This document shows, piece by piece, positions 36,296 through 45,117 of a DNA stretch of 64,000 bases. Both the position numbers and the translations under genes were made by a program. Under the pieces are notes generated by a model. The model was not told the origin of the DNA and ran no database searches. It saw only the letters and a program-made list of their open reading frames with translations. This DNA comes from a virus. The stretch lies in the IMG/VR virus record IMGVR_UViG_3300036792_000218, positions 1 to 64,000 of that record; one strand, given 5' to 3'. The stretch's first letter is position 1; every line of letters starts with the position of its first letter.

Positions 36296-37438
36296 TTGCG
36301 CGGCATCTTGGACGACCTGTTCGGGCCGGGCACGTGGGGCACCGGCGGAAACATGGTCGCCTGGGTGCTGTGCGGGGCGATCGGCGGTGCCGCGGCGTTC
36401 CTGCTGCGGCACAAGATCGGGAAGCGGCTGGCCGCGTGGTGGGCGTTCCACCACGGGCCGCACGCCGTTGCCCAGCACCTGGAAGCGCTGCGCCTGCACG
36501 AGGCAGCGAAGGCGGCCCGGCAACCAGGCCGGGGTGACAAAGGGAACGGGGGAGTCATGACAGCAAGCGCGCAGGGCTTCGACATCAGTTCGTATCAGCC
36601 TCGGCTTGACGTGGCCGCGATCCGCGCGGCCGGGCACGACTTCGGGTGGGCCAAGGCGACGAACGGTCTCAGCGGCGAGGATCCGGAGTTCGCGGCGTCG
36701 TGGGAGACGCTGCTCACCGCCGGCGTGCACCGCGGCGCCTATCACGAGATGACCGGGGCTGACCCGGTCGCGCAGGCCCGTGACTTCGTCGCCGTGGTCG
36801 CGGGGCGCGGAATCCGGCCGGGTGACATGCTCGCGATCGTCGCCACCGACTACCAGGTCAGCGGCCGGAACCTGAAAGCGTGCTGCGACGAGGTCGCGCG
36901 GCGCGTCGGGCCGCACTGCCCGGTGCTCGTGTACGCGTCCACGGGCAAGCTCCCGGCCCTCGGCGAGGCCTCCGCCTACCCGCTGTGGGCGGCCGAATGG
37001 CGGGCGAGCGCCCCCACCGACGTCGCCCCGTGGCACAAGTGGGTGTTCTGGCAGTACGCGCCCGGCGGCGGCGCGGACGGCGGCGACAAGGACGCGTTCA
37101 ACGGCACCGCGGCCGACCTCAACGCGTGGATCGCTTCGTACACCAAGACCGCCCCGGCGCCCGTGCCGGTCCCGCCGAAGCCGGTTGTCAAGGAAGCCGT
37201 CTCGGTGTCCATCACGTCGGTACAGAAGGGCAGCACCGGCCAGGCGGTGAAGAACTGGCAGGGGCTCCTGATCGCCCGCGGGTACGACCTCGGGACCAGC
37301 GGCCTGCGGAAGGACGGGGTCGACGGCGTGTTCGGTGACGGGACCGACACCGCGACCCGCCACCTCCAGGCGTCGGCGCACCTCCCGGCTACCGGGGTCG
37401 TCGACAAGGCGACGTACACCGCCGCCCTGCACACCTGA
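36296..37438 (+). CDS. endolysin: GH25 muramidase plus peptidoglycan-binding domain, with in-frame N-terminal TM extension (internal ATG at 36557)
   Basis: GFDISSYQ, KATNG, RGAYH, LWAAEW, FWQY, DKDAFNG; C-terminal V..WQ.LL...VDGVFG..T..A...LQ. Confidence 0.9.
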   Translation: MRGILDDLFGPGTWGTGGNMVAWVLCGAIGGAAAFLLRHKIGKRLAAWWAFHHGPHAVAQHLEALRLHEAAKAARQPGRGDKGNGGVMTASAQGFDISSYQPRLDVAAIRAAGHDFGWAKATNGLSGEDPEFAASWETLLTAGVHRGAYHEMTGADPVAQARDFVAVVAGRGIRPGDMLAIVATDYQVSGRNLKACCDEVARRVGPHCPVLVYASTGKLPALGEASAYPLWAAEWRASAPTDVAPWHKWVFWQYAPGGGADGGDKDAFNGTAADLNAWIASYTKTAPAPVPVPPKPVVKEAVSVSITSVQKGSTGQAVKNWQGLLIARGYDLGTSGLRKDGVDGVFGDGTDTATRHLQASAHLPATGVVDKATYTAALHT

Positions 37439-37517
37439 CCAAGGCTTTACCGATCGCCGCGCTTCTCGCGCGGCCCCAGGCAGACCGATTAAGCAGACCA
37501 CCAGAAAGGCATCACAG

Positions 37518-37799
37518 ATGACCACCACGCCGGCCCCTGAGCCGACCCCAGTCACCCCCGCCGCCCCGGCAAGCCCGGCGCCCCCGGCCGGGGCCAACCC
37601 GGTTACCCGTGCCGTGCACTGGCTCGAATCCCATGTCGTCCCGGCGCTGAAGTCCGTGGACGCCGCCGCGGAGCGGGTCATCAGCGAGGCGCAGAAGCTT
37701 GAGGCGGTCGTCGAGGCCGCGGACCCGGCGCTGGCCTCCCAGCTGACCGCGAGCGCGGCGGCGCTGCGGGAGATCGCGGCGGACCTCGCCGCGCTGTAG
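37518..37799 (+). CDS. hypothetical protein
   Basis: ATG with GAAAGG RBS; last gene before the terminator. Confidence 0.6.
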   Translation: MTTTPAPEPTPVTPAAPASPAPPAGANPVTRAVHWLESHVVPALKSVDAAAERVISEAQKLEAVVEAADPALASQLTASAAALREIAADLAAL

Positions 37800-37819
37800 C
37801 GTCCGGCCTGGCCTGACAT

Positions 37820-37866
37820 AGCGGGGCCCCTGGCTGCCTTCACCGGCGGCCAGGGGCCCCGCTTTT
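37820..37866 (+). terminator. intrinsic terminator ending the virion/lysis operon
   Basis: 18-bp GC stem 37821-37838 / 37845-37862 followed by TTTT; lies between convergent operons. Confidence 0.85.
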
Positions 37867-37974
37867 CGCGTGCCGTGACACTGCGGTCACAGAGTGCGGT
37901 AGCGTTCCTGTGGGGGTTGTGCAGCGGCCAGGCACCCTGAGTTGACGGGACCTGGCCGCGTCCCCTCCGGGGCG

Positions 37975-38496
37975 TTACGGGGCGTGCTCTTCACCTCTGA
38001 TGTGTGCCAGCGACTTGACCATGCTGACCAGCCAGTCCTCACGGATACGCCGGGGCGCGTCGCCGGTCTCGGGCCACAGCATGCCGTGCACCACACCGAC
38101 GGCGGCGAAGCTGGCCAGGAGCCGCGCTTCCTCGTCGGTCCCCTCGACCTGGTGCACGACGTTGACCGGCGTCAGGCACGGGATGCTCCCGCCGCCCGAC
38201 CCGTAGGCCTGCATCTTCTCGACGGTGTACGGCCCGTGCTCGGGGTTGAGCGCGAAGACGAACAGTTCGTGGGTCGCGCCGATGAACTGGCGGGCCGGCG
38301 GCTTGAAGCCGGGGATGCCGTCGCGGAGCCGCACCATGCCGAGCAGGTACTGAGCCCACAACGGGTGGGCGTGCGGTGCGGTGAGCAGCCACGAGCACAC
38401 CGTCTCGGCCGACTCTGGGACGTCGGGCAGCGGGATAAGCCGGGCGCGCCCGTAGTGCCCCTTGAACTCCGTCTCGTCGCCGGTGATCTCAGGCAC
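37975..38496 (-). CDS. hypothetical protein
   Basis: GTG overlapping the GH26 stop by 8 nt; globular composition. Confidence 0.7.
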   Translation of the reverse strand: MPEITGDETEFKGHYGRARLIPLPDVPESAETVCSWLLTAPHAHPLWAQYLLGMVRLRDGIPGFKPPARQFIGATHELFVFALNPEHGPYTVEKMQAYGSGGGSIPCLTPVNVVHQVEGTDEEARLLASFAAVGVVHGMLWPETGDAPRRIREDWLVSMVKSLAHIRGEEHAP

Positions 38497-39349
38497 TCCC
38501 TGCCGCCTTCCTGAACGCGGCGAGCGCCGCCGGGTTGCCGTCGATGCTCCACTGCTTGTTGCCGGGCAAGTCGAACAGGACCACCGCCGCGAGGTGGCCA
38601 GCTTTTGCGCCGGCGAACAGGCCCCTGATCTTGGCTGCCTGCCCTGCGGCAGGTGCGGCCGCGGTTTCCGACAGGATCACCGGGCCGCCCCAGAACTTGC
38701 GCACCGCGGCGACCGTGGGCGCTATCCGGTTGCCGTAGGTCATGGACGCGGTGTCGAAATACCCATCGAGGCCGACCATGCCGACGTAGGCCTGCCCGGG
38801 CCACCAGTCGGCGGGCGCGCTGACACCGGGGCTCGCCACGTTCACGGTCCACAGCCAGGCCACGTTCGCCGCCCCGGCCTGCCGGAACAGCGTCACGACG
38901 TGCTGCCAGGCGTCGACGTAGAGCGCCGGGGTGACGTGCTTGTATCCCCACGTGTACCAGGGGCCGTTCATTTCCGGGGCGAACCCGAGGATCAGCGGCT
39001 TGCCGTAGGCCTTCGCGTCCGCGGCGAGGTTGCGGAGCCGGTCGTCGTACTTCCCGGCGGCGACGCCGGCGAGCGGGGTGCGGCGCGGAAGGACCTGCAC
39101 CAGCGGCTCGGCGGGGCCCGCGAACGCGACGGGCAGCGGGTCCCAGAGGGGAATGTAGTGCTCGACGATCGCGGGCCGTACCCCGGTCGCGGTCACGAAC
39201 GCCTGGTAGCTGGAATCAGCGGCGCCGACCAGGAGGTGACCCGGCCGCAGGGTCGAGGCCACCGGGCGCGGCGCGGCGGTCACGGCCGAGCAGGCGGCCA
39301 GCAGCGCGCACAAGGTGAGCACCGCCAGCGGGCGGCTGATCCTAGGCAT
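38489..39349 (-). CDS. exported glycoside hydrolase family 26 (probable lipoprotein)
   Basis: Signal with LLAAC lipobox; FAPEMNGPWYTW (acid/base Glu), WLWTVN, WWPG..YV.MVGLDGY, PVILSET (nucleophile Glu). Confidence 0.88.
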   Translation of the reverse strand: MPRISRPLAVLTLCALLAACSAVTAAPRPVASTLRPGHLLVGAADSSYQAFVTATGVRPAIVEHYIPLWDPLPVAFAGPAEPLVQVLPRRTPLAGVAAGKYDDRLRNLAADAKAYGKPLILGFAPEMNGPWYTWGYKHVTPALYVDAWQHVVTLFRQAGAANVAWLWTVNVASPGVSAPADWWPGQAYVGMVGLDGYFDTASMTYGNRIAPTVAAVRKFWGGPVILSETAAAPAAGQAAKIRGLFAGAKAGHLAAVVLFDLPGNKQWSIDGNPAALAAFRKAAGSA

Positions 39350-41024
39350 CCGGTTCCTCCATCGTGACCTCGATGTTCTGCCGTGTTCCCCATCCGGTCG
39401 TCCTGCACGTCGCCGCCCCGTACCAGCGCCAGGCGCGCAGGACGGTCAGGGACCAGAGCACGGCCAGCGGGGCGAGCGACCACGTGAGCAGCCGGGACCG
39501 CCATGTCTCGTCGGACCGGCTCACCGTCAGGTAGGGCAGGCCGAGGCCGTACCCGGCGATCGCCGGGACGAGCAGGACCGACCACGACCAGTCGCCCCGC
39601 ACCACGGCGGACACGAGGACGTCGGCGAACGCCCACGCGGAGACGGCCGACAGGACCCACCCGGCCAGGTGCCACCAGAACGCGTAGGACGACAGCGGCA
39701 GGTACCGGAACCGCCACCAGGAACGGATGAACGACCCGCGCATCCACCGGAGGTACTGGCGCTTGTGGTGGCTGAACGTCTCGGGCATCGCGGCGAACGC
39801 GAACGCGGACGGCTGGTGCACCGCCCGGCCTTTCAGGTAGGCGAGCAGCGTCAGCATCGAGTCGTCGCTGAACCCGACCGGCACCCCGAAGAACGTCTCC
39901 CCGAGGTACACCGGCAGCGCCTCCCGCACCGCGCCGGCACGGTAGGCGGCGATCGCCCCGGAGTTCACCAGGACCGACCGCATGACGCTCATGCCGCCGC
40001 GGACCATCAGCTGCGACGGCAGGTAGATCAGGTCCGTGAGGCGGGCGAGCAGCGTCGTCGTGTTGTTCGCGGCGAGGAACACCCCGGCGACGCTCATGAC
40101 CCGCGGGTCGGCGAACGGGGCGATCAGCTCGGCGGCCGCGTGCTCGTCGAGCTCACTGTCGGAGTCGACGGTGACGTACACGTCGGCGTCGGGAGACGCC
40201 TCGACCGCGGCGGCCTGGGCGTGCCGCTTGCCGGCGTGCTCAATGCGTATCCAGGTGAACCGGGTGCCCGCCAGTTCGGCTAGCCGCCCGAATTCGTGGC
40301 GCAGCAGCGAGTAGTCCGCCTTCGGGTCGTCGGACCCGTCGTCGACGACGATGACGTGATCGACGCGCCGTGACTGCCTCAGCATCGACATCAGGGACCG
40401 CCGCGCGATCGCGACGTCCTCGTTGTACAGGGGAACCGCGATTGTCAGGTTCAGCGTGTCGAGCACCGCCTGCCCGAGCGGGGTGACGCGGAACGGGCGG
40501 TCGACCGCGTAGAGGGTGACCTGCCAGGCCAGCGCGAGGAACGTCAGCGCGTACAGCTCGCCGAGCGGCGTCCCGTGACCGTCGAGGACCGCGCGGGCCG
40601 CGGCTAGGTGACGGGCGCCCCATGCGGCGGAGCCGGCCAGCAGGACGGCTGAGGCGAGGGCCTGCCTGAGCGGGTGGCGGGACGCTGAGCGGGCTACGGC
40701 ACCAGTGCCGTCTTGCCCTGCCGCCACCCGAGCCTCACTGACGCCGCCCACGCGGCTACCGTGGCGGCGGCGATGCCGGGTCCTTCCAGCATGGCCAGGC
40801 AGTGGGTTACCAGGTGCATCGGGGGTCCTTTCCATTACGGCTGTTCGGGGGTAGACGGTGGCGGGCGAGGTGCCCGCCACCTGTCTCATCGGGAGCGTCG
40901 GCACCTTCGGGATTGCCTCGGTGAGCGCTGCCGCTGCCTGCTTGGCCGCGATGCCGTTGAGGACGTCGAGCGCTGAGAACTGGGCGCCGGTGTCGGGGCC
41001 GGTGCGCGTGGCCGGGAGGGTCAC
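39342..41024 (-). CDS. processive GT2 polysaccharide synthase (hyaluronan/chitin synthase, NodC-like)
   Basis: VPLYNED, VDDGS, GKRHAQ, VTVDSD, SGAIAAYR, SDDSMLT, QYLRW, GWGTR; TM helices at both ends; GTG 41024 coupled to the xis stop. Confidence 0.9.
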   Translation of the reverse strand: MTLPATRTGPDTGAQFSALDVLNGIAAKQAAAALTEAIPKVPTLPMRQVAGTSPATVYPRTAVMERTPDAPGNPLPGHAGRTRHRRRHGSRVGGVSEARVAAGQDGTGAVARSASRHPLRQALASAVLLAGSAAWGARHLAAARAVLDGHGTPLGELYALTFLALAWQVTLYAVDRPFRVTPLGQAVLDTLNLTIAVPLYNEDVAIARRSLMSMLRQSRRVDHVIVVDDGSDDPKADYSLLRHEFGRLAELAGTRFTWIRIEHAGKRHAQAAAVEASPDADVYVTVDSDSELDEHAAAELIAPFADPRVMSVAGVFLAANNTTTLLARLTDLIYLPSQLMVRGGMSVMRSVLVNSGAIAAYRAGAVREALPVYLGETFFGVPVGFSDDSMLTLLAYLKGRAVHQPSAFAFAAMPETFSHHKRQYLRWMRGSFIRSWWRFRYLPLSSYAFWWHLAGWVLSAVSAWAFADVLVSAVVRGDWSWSVLLVPAIAGYGLGLPYLTVSRSDETWRSRLLTWSLAPLAVLWSLTVLRAWRWYGAATCRTTGWGTRQNIEVTMEEPDA

Positions 41025-41245
41025 GCCGCGACCTCGTAGCCGAGGGACCGCATCAGGTCGGCCTTGGCGACGGTCAGCCGCCCGCGTCCCACGCCGTCCC
41101 GGTGCACAGGGAAAGGGAACCCGTCCGACTTCGCCAGCTCGTACGACTTGCGCCGGCCGTGCCCCCACGCCTTACCCGCGGTCACTACATCGACCGTGAC
41201 GGGCAGCGCCTGTAGCTCTTCCAGGGTGAGCCTCTGAACTGCCAT
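41021..41245 (-). CDS. xis: excisionase / recombination directionality factor
   Basis: LPVTVDVVTAGKAWGHGRRKSYELAK..FPFPV actinobacterial Xis pattern; divergent from the integrase; GGAGGGG RBS. Confidence 0.8.
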   Translation of the reverse strand: MAVQRLTLEELQALPVTVDVVTAGKAWGHGRRKSYELAKSDGFPFPVHRDGVGRGRLTVAKADLMRSLGYEVAA

Positions 41246-41281
41246 GCACGTTCCCCTCCGTGATGCCGCTGAATGGTCACA

Positions 41282-41317
41282 CGTGATAACGCGTTTCTAG
41301 TGCGTGATGACGCGTTT
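41282..41317. promoter_or_regulatory. 15-bp direct repeat CGTGAT(A/G)ACGCGTTT between xis and int
   Basis: Copies at 41282 and 41303 (21-bp period), next to a leftward TACGTT -10 at 41324-41319. Confidence 0.6.
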
Positions 41318-41408
41318 TAACGTACACCAGAATCCCCGCTAGTTGCCGCCTGTCACCGCTAGTCCGCGTTCGTGTCCCCGCGTGCCCCGCTGCGGTTACC
41401 TTGGATTC

Positions 41409-42896
41409 ATGAAGGGCAGCGTTTACCGGCAGTGCTTCTGCCGTGACCCTCAGACGAAGCGGCGCTACAGGCGCGGCAAGTGCCCCGACTGGGGCAAGCG
41501 CAGCCACGGCAGGTGGTACTTCAAGTACGACGCCCCGGCCGCTCCGGGCGAGAGCCGGCGGCGTCCCGAGACCGGCCCGTTCGGCACCAAGAAGGAAGCC
41601 GATGAAAAGCTGGCCAAGGCGCTCGCCGAGGCGGGGACGGGCGTCGCCCTGGCCGACCGCTCGCTGAAGGTCGGCCCCTACCTGCTCGCCTACCAGGCGG
41701 GCAAGCGGAACCTGAAGGACAGCACCCGCGCGACCGACGACGAGGCGTTCCGCCTGTACTGGATTCCCGCGCTCGGGTCACTGCGGCTGGCCGAGCTGCG
41801 GGACCACCACGTCGGCCAGGTCCTCACCGCCATGAGCCAGGTGAACCGGCCGCTGCCCGACGGCGGGGAGCCGTCGGAGATGCTTCGCCGCATGACCGCC
41901 GCGCGTGCCGACGACGAGCGGCGCGAGCTGCCCGCCGGCGAGAAGCGGCACAAGAAGTCCGCCAAACCGCTGTCGCCGGCGCGGGTCGAGCGGATGTTCG
42001 CCCCGTTCCGGGCCGCGATGAACGCCGCGGTGAGGACGAAGAAGATCGGGCTCAGCCCGTGCACCGGTGTCGAGCTCGAACGGGCGCGCAAGGAGCTGGC
42101 GCTGGCCTGGACGCCCGCCCGTGAGGCGAAGTTCCGCGCCCAGCTGGCGAAGCGGGTCACGGCGGCTGAGAAGGCCGCCCCGGCGGGCCGGGTGGTGACG
42201 ACGGTCCAGCGGCAGGCGCTGTGGGCGGCGAGGGACCTGCGGCCCGGCAAGGTCATGGTGTGGCTGCCGGCGCACGCCGGCACCTTCCTCGACTACGTCG
42301 ACGTCGCGCGGGAACGGCTCGCGGCGCTGTTCGCGGTGGCGTGCTACTGCGGTCTGCGCCGCGACGAGATCACCGGCCTGAGGTGGGCTGAGGTCGACGT
42401 CGGCGAGGGCGTGATCTGGGTGCGGGAAACCGGGTCGGGCAGCGGGCCGAAGTCGAACGCGGGCACGCGGCCCGTCCCGATGGCGGCGGTCGTCAGGGAC
42501 GCGCTGGCGGCGTGGGCCGAGGTGCAGGACCTCGAGCGGAGCGTCCGCGCGTCGGAGTGGCCTGATACCGACCTGGTGTTCACGCACGAGACGGGGCTGC
42601 CGCTGAGCGGCCAGTGGGTGAGTACCCGGTTCGAGGTGCTGGCGTACCGGTCGGGTATGCCGCCGGTGCGGTTCCATGACCTGCGGCACGGCACCGCGTC
42701 GATCTTGAAGGCGTCGGGGGCTGATTCGAAGATGATCGCCGCGGTGCTCGGGCACGCCCGGTCGGACTTCACTGACCGGGTGTACGTGACGCTGTTCCCC
42801 GAGGTCCAGGCGGCGGCTGCGGAGGCCGCCGCCGCGGTGGTGCCGCGCAAGAGCCGCATGCCGGGCGAAAGCACGCCGGGCGGGTCTGCGGTCTGA
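41409..42896 (+). CDS. int: tyrosine integrase, probably leaderless
   Basis: CGLRRDE (R), PKS (K), FHDLRH, LGHA, RVY catalytic set; TACCTT 6 nt upstream of ATG 41409. Confidence 0.95.
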   Translation: MKGSVYRQCFCRDPQTKRRYRRGKCPDWGKRSHGRWYFKYDAPAAPGESRRRPETGPFGTKKEADEKLAKALAEAGTGVALADRSLKVGPYLLAYQAGKRNLKDSTRATDDEAFRLYWIPALGSLRLAELRDHHVGQVLTAMSQVNRPLPDGGEPSEMLRRMTAARADDERRELPAGEKRHKKSAKPLSPARVERMFAPFRAAMNAAVRTKKIGLSPCTGVELERARKELALAWTPAREAKFRAQLAKRVTAAEKAAPAGRVVTTVQRQALWAARDLRPGKVMVWLPAHAGTFLDYVDVARERLAALFAVACYCGLRRDEITGLRWAEVDVGEGVIWVRETGSGSGPKSNAGTRPVPMAAVVRDALAAWAEVQDLERSVRASEWPDTDLVFTHETGLPLSGQWVSTRFEVLAYRSGMPPVRFHDLRHGTASILKASGADSKMIAAVLGHARSDFTDRVYVTLFPEVQAAAAEAAAAVVPRKSRMPGESTPGGSAV

Positions 42897-43026
42897 CCAG
42901 AGTCTGACCGCACTCGCGAGCACCGGGGGGTCCGGGCGGATACTGGGGGACACGCGGTCAGGCCGCTGACCTGGTATCGGGTCATCCGGGGTCACGCGCG
43001 GAAACACCGGATCACGGGCCGTATCA

Positions 43027-43085
43027 CACTGCTAATGCGGTTTGGGAGTGATCCCATCCGGGGTTCAAATCCCCGATCCTCCGCC
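43027..43085 (+). other. attP core: 3' half of tRNA-Ser(GCT), not a complete tRNA
   Basis: CT-GCT-AA anticodon loop, long variable arm (TGGGAGTGATCCCA), T arm CGGGG-TTCAAAT-CCCCG, acceptor 3' strand ATCCTCC-G; no 5' half or D arm. Confidence 0.88.
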
Positions 43086-43099
43086 CCCCGAACAGCAGA

Positions 43100-43144
43100 A
43101 ACTCCCCGGCACCCGATTCATTGAGGTGCCAGGGAGTTCCGTTT
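43100..43144 (+). terminator. hairpin downstream of the tRNA fragment
   Basis: AACTCCCCGGCACC / GGTGCCAGGGAGTT with one mismatch, then CCGTTT. Confidence 0.65.
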
Positions 43145-43198
43145 AGGGGCCAGGTCTGACCAAAGTCTGACCGTCGGTGCAAACGGTCTGACGGATGG

Positions 43199-43522
43199 TC
43201 AGACCACCGGCACCGCGCCGGGGAACCGCAACAGCCGGCCCGTGCCAATGACCCGGACCACCGACGGGCACCGGCCGCCGTCGTGCGCGCAGCGCCCGCA
43301 GGGCCACCACGTCGCCTCGGGGTCTTCGAGGTGGCCGTCACAGAACACGTTGCCGGTCCAATGCTCATGCACGCACATGTACTCGACCCGGCGGGGTTCG
43401 CCGCGGTGCGGCTTGCCGTTCTCGTAGAGGCAGTCACCCGGAGGCAAGGCGCGCCAGGCCGCCGGGTCTTCCCCCTCCTCGTCTTCGTCGCCGGGTCCGT
43501 GGCACGTCATCTCCGTAATCAC
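43199..43522 (-). CDS. Cys/His-rich hypothetical protein
   Basis: GTGA coupling to the resolvase; CVHEH, CDGH, CGRC. Confidence 0.55.
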   Translation of the reverse strand: MITEMTCHGPGDEDEEGEDPAAWRALPPGDCLYENGKPHRGEPRRVEYMCVHEHWTGNVFCDGHLEDPEATWWPCGRCAHDGGRCPSVVRVIGTGRLLRFPGAVPVV

Positions 43523-44088
43523 TGGCCGCGCACCGCCTCGGGTTCGAGCGCCCGGTAGATGGTCTGACGGGAGACGCCTAGCAGCGCGGCGATCTCGGAG
43601 ACCGGCGTCTTGGCGTCGTAGAGCTGGCGGGCGTGGGCCCGCTTCGCGTCGGTCATCTTCGACTTGCGTCCGCCGGTGCGGCCGCGGGCCCGCGCCGCGG
43701 CGAGGCCTTCGTGAGTGCCCTCCACGATCAGCTCGCGCAGCCACTCGTCGATCGCGGCGAGGATGTGGAAGACCAGGCGGCCGGTCGCGGTGGTCGTGTC
43801 GATGTCCTGCTTGAGTACCACCAGGCCGATTCCGCGCGCCTGGAGCTGCTTGGCGATCGCGAGCAGGTCGGCCAGCGACCGCATCGCGCGGGACAGCCTG
43901 GTAATCACCAGGGCGTCGCCTTCGCGGAGGTACGCCATGCAGGCGTCGAGCTCGGGCCGGCTGGCGTGCTTGCCGCTGACCCCGTGGTCGATGAAGATCC
44001 GTTCGCAGCCGTAGGCGTTCAGTTCGTCGACCTGGCTGTCGTCGCTCTGGCCGCGGGTGCTTACGCGCGCGTAGCCGATGTTGGCCAT
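43519..44088 (-). CDS. small serine recombinase (resolvase/invertase family)
   Basis: IGYARVST catalytic Ser, SG...RPEL, LVITRLSR, GRTGGRK, C-terminal HTH VSRQTIYR. Confidence 0.95.
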   Translation of the reverse strand: MANIGYARVSTRGQSDDSQVDELNAYGCERIFIDHGVSGKHASRPELDACMAYLREGDALVITRLSRAMRSLADLLAIAKQLQARGIGLVVLKQDIDTTTATGRLVFHILAAIDEWLRELIVEGTHEGLAAARARGRTGGRKSKMTDAKRAHARQLYDAKTPVSEIAALLGVSRQTIYRALEPEAVRGQ

Positions 44089-44135
44089 AAAGGACTGCCC
44101 CCCGTTCGCGGCCTGCCCCGGTGGCACGGCCGCCA

Positions 44136-44260
44136 CTTAACCGTAACGCAAACGGTGGTCGTGGAACGTAGATTCCGGACGCGAGTTTCGGACACTTGTT
44201 AACAGGCACGATGCCGACCGGGCGGGGTGCGTCCGTAAACGGTCGTTTGCGGTACACGGC
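44136..44260. promoter_or_regulatory. res-like site and resolvase promoter
   Basis: Imperfect palindrome GTGCGTCCGTAAACG-GT-CGTTTGCGGTACAC (44227-44257) plus related half-sites near 44142, 44173, 44186; leftward TACGGT at 44145-44140. Confidence 0.65.
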
Positions 44261-44295
44261 TCACAGGCCGTCCGGTTCAGGTCTGCCCGGTACGG

Positions 44296-44667
44296 TCAGC
44301 GCACGACCACGGAAGGATCCTGCCCGCTCGCCGCCTGTGTCTCCCCGGTCAGGTCACTGGTCAGATGCCAGAAGCCGCAGCCGGGGCATTCATAGGGCCG
44401 GAGCTCGACGCCGCGCTGAGCCTTGATATGCCCGGCCATCTGCCGGGCCCGCTCGGACGTAGGGTAGCTGCCGCTTTTGTTGTTCCGGGCGCATACCGCC
44501 GCCGCAGCCGCCGCGTGCCGTGCCTCTCTCCTGTGACGGTTCTGCTGGCTTCGTTTCCGGCAGGTCTTTGAGCAGTAGAGCGCCGGCTTGTCGCATAGCC
44601 AGAAGGAATCATCCTCGGTGTCGACGCAGAACACGGTGCCGCAGCGCTTGCAGACCATGAGTTCCAA
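44296..44667 (-). CDS. zinc-finger protein
   Basis: CKRC, YCSKTCR, YECPGCGFWHLTS. Confidence 0.65.
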   Translation of the reverse strand: MELMVCKRCGTVFCVDTEDDSFWLCDKPALYCSKTCRKRSQQNRHRREARHAAAAAAVCARNNKSGSYPTSERARQMAGHIKAQRGVELRPYECPGCGFWHLTSDLTGETQAASGQDPSVVVR

Positions 44668-44856
44668 TCTAGGAGGTCGGGGCCGGTAACGTCAGCGACA
44701 TGCGAGCTAGCGGCTAGTGAGCAAGCTAGCTGGCATGTGCGCGGGTATGGGGCGGCCCCGGCCCGCCTGGCACCAGCGAACAGGGCGTTTCACGCAGAGT
44801 CGCACGCATGATCACTTTCCGTGCCCGGCCGCCCGGCCGGGGCGTACGGTCAGCGC

Positions 44857-45111
44857 ATGAACTCTGGAAACACTCCTGACCTGCCCGCATCCGGCACCGT
44901 GCTCAGGTCCCTGGGTGACGCGGCGGTCGCGATGCTGCTGGCCTGCCGTGGCGCCCTCGCCGCCGAGGCCGGCCTGTCCGAGGACCGGATCGCGTTCGTG
45001 ATCCCGGCGACGGCGCTGCCCGGTGTCGCGTGGCTGTACGGGTCACGGGTCGTCCGCGCGGACATCACCGGGCCGATGGTCGCGCTGTCCATGCCCACGC
45101 TGCCCGGCTAG
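44857..45111 (+). CDS. hypothetical protein, counter-oriented, probably leaderless
   Basis: TACGGT 6 nt upstream of ATG 44857. Confidence 0.5.
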   Translation: MNSGNTPDLPASGTVLRSLGDAAVAMLLACRGALAAEAGLSEDRIAFVIPATALPGVAWLYGSRVVRADITGPMVALSMPTLPG

Positions 45112-45117
45112 GCGGGG

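Larger units (their letters stand above)
42891..43205. other. attP with integrase arm-type sites (GTCTGACC)
   Basis: Direct pairs at 42891/42902 and 43154/43165, a variant at 43186 and an inverted copy at 43197 flank the tRNA-derived core. Confidence 0.85.

Noticed and set aside
41025-41168. N-terminal extension of the GT2 ORF to 41168 as in the ORF track
   Set aside because: It overlaps xis; GTG 41024 coupled to the xis stop is the more plausible start
43021-43090. Functional tRNA-Ser gene
   Set aside because: The 5' acceptor strand and D arm are missing; it is the attP core
43519-44088. Gin/Cin-type tail-fibre invertase system
   Set aside because: The fibre genes are about 10 kb away, in direct orientation, with no flanking inverted crossover sites seen; the adjacent multi-subsite region fits a resolvase better
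44700-44735. Three GCTAG motifs upstream of the zinc-finger gene
   Set aside because: Could be an operator, but too short and irregular to support
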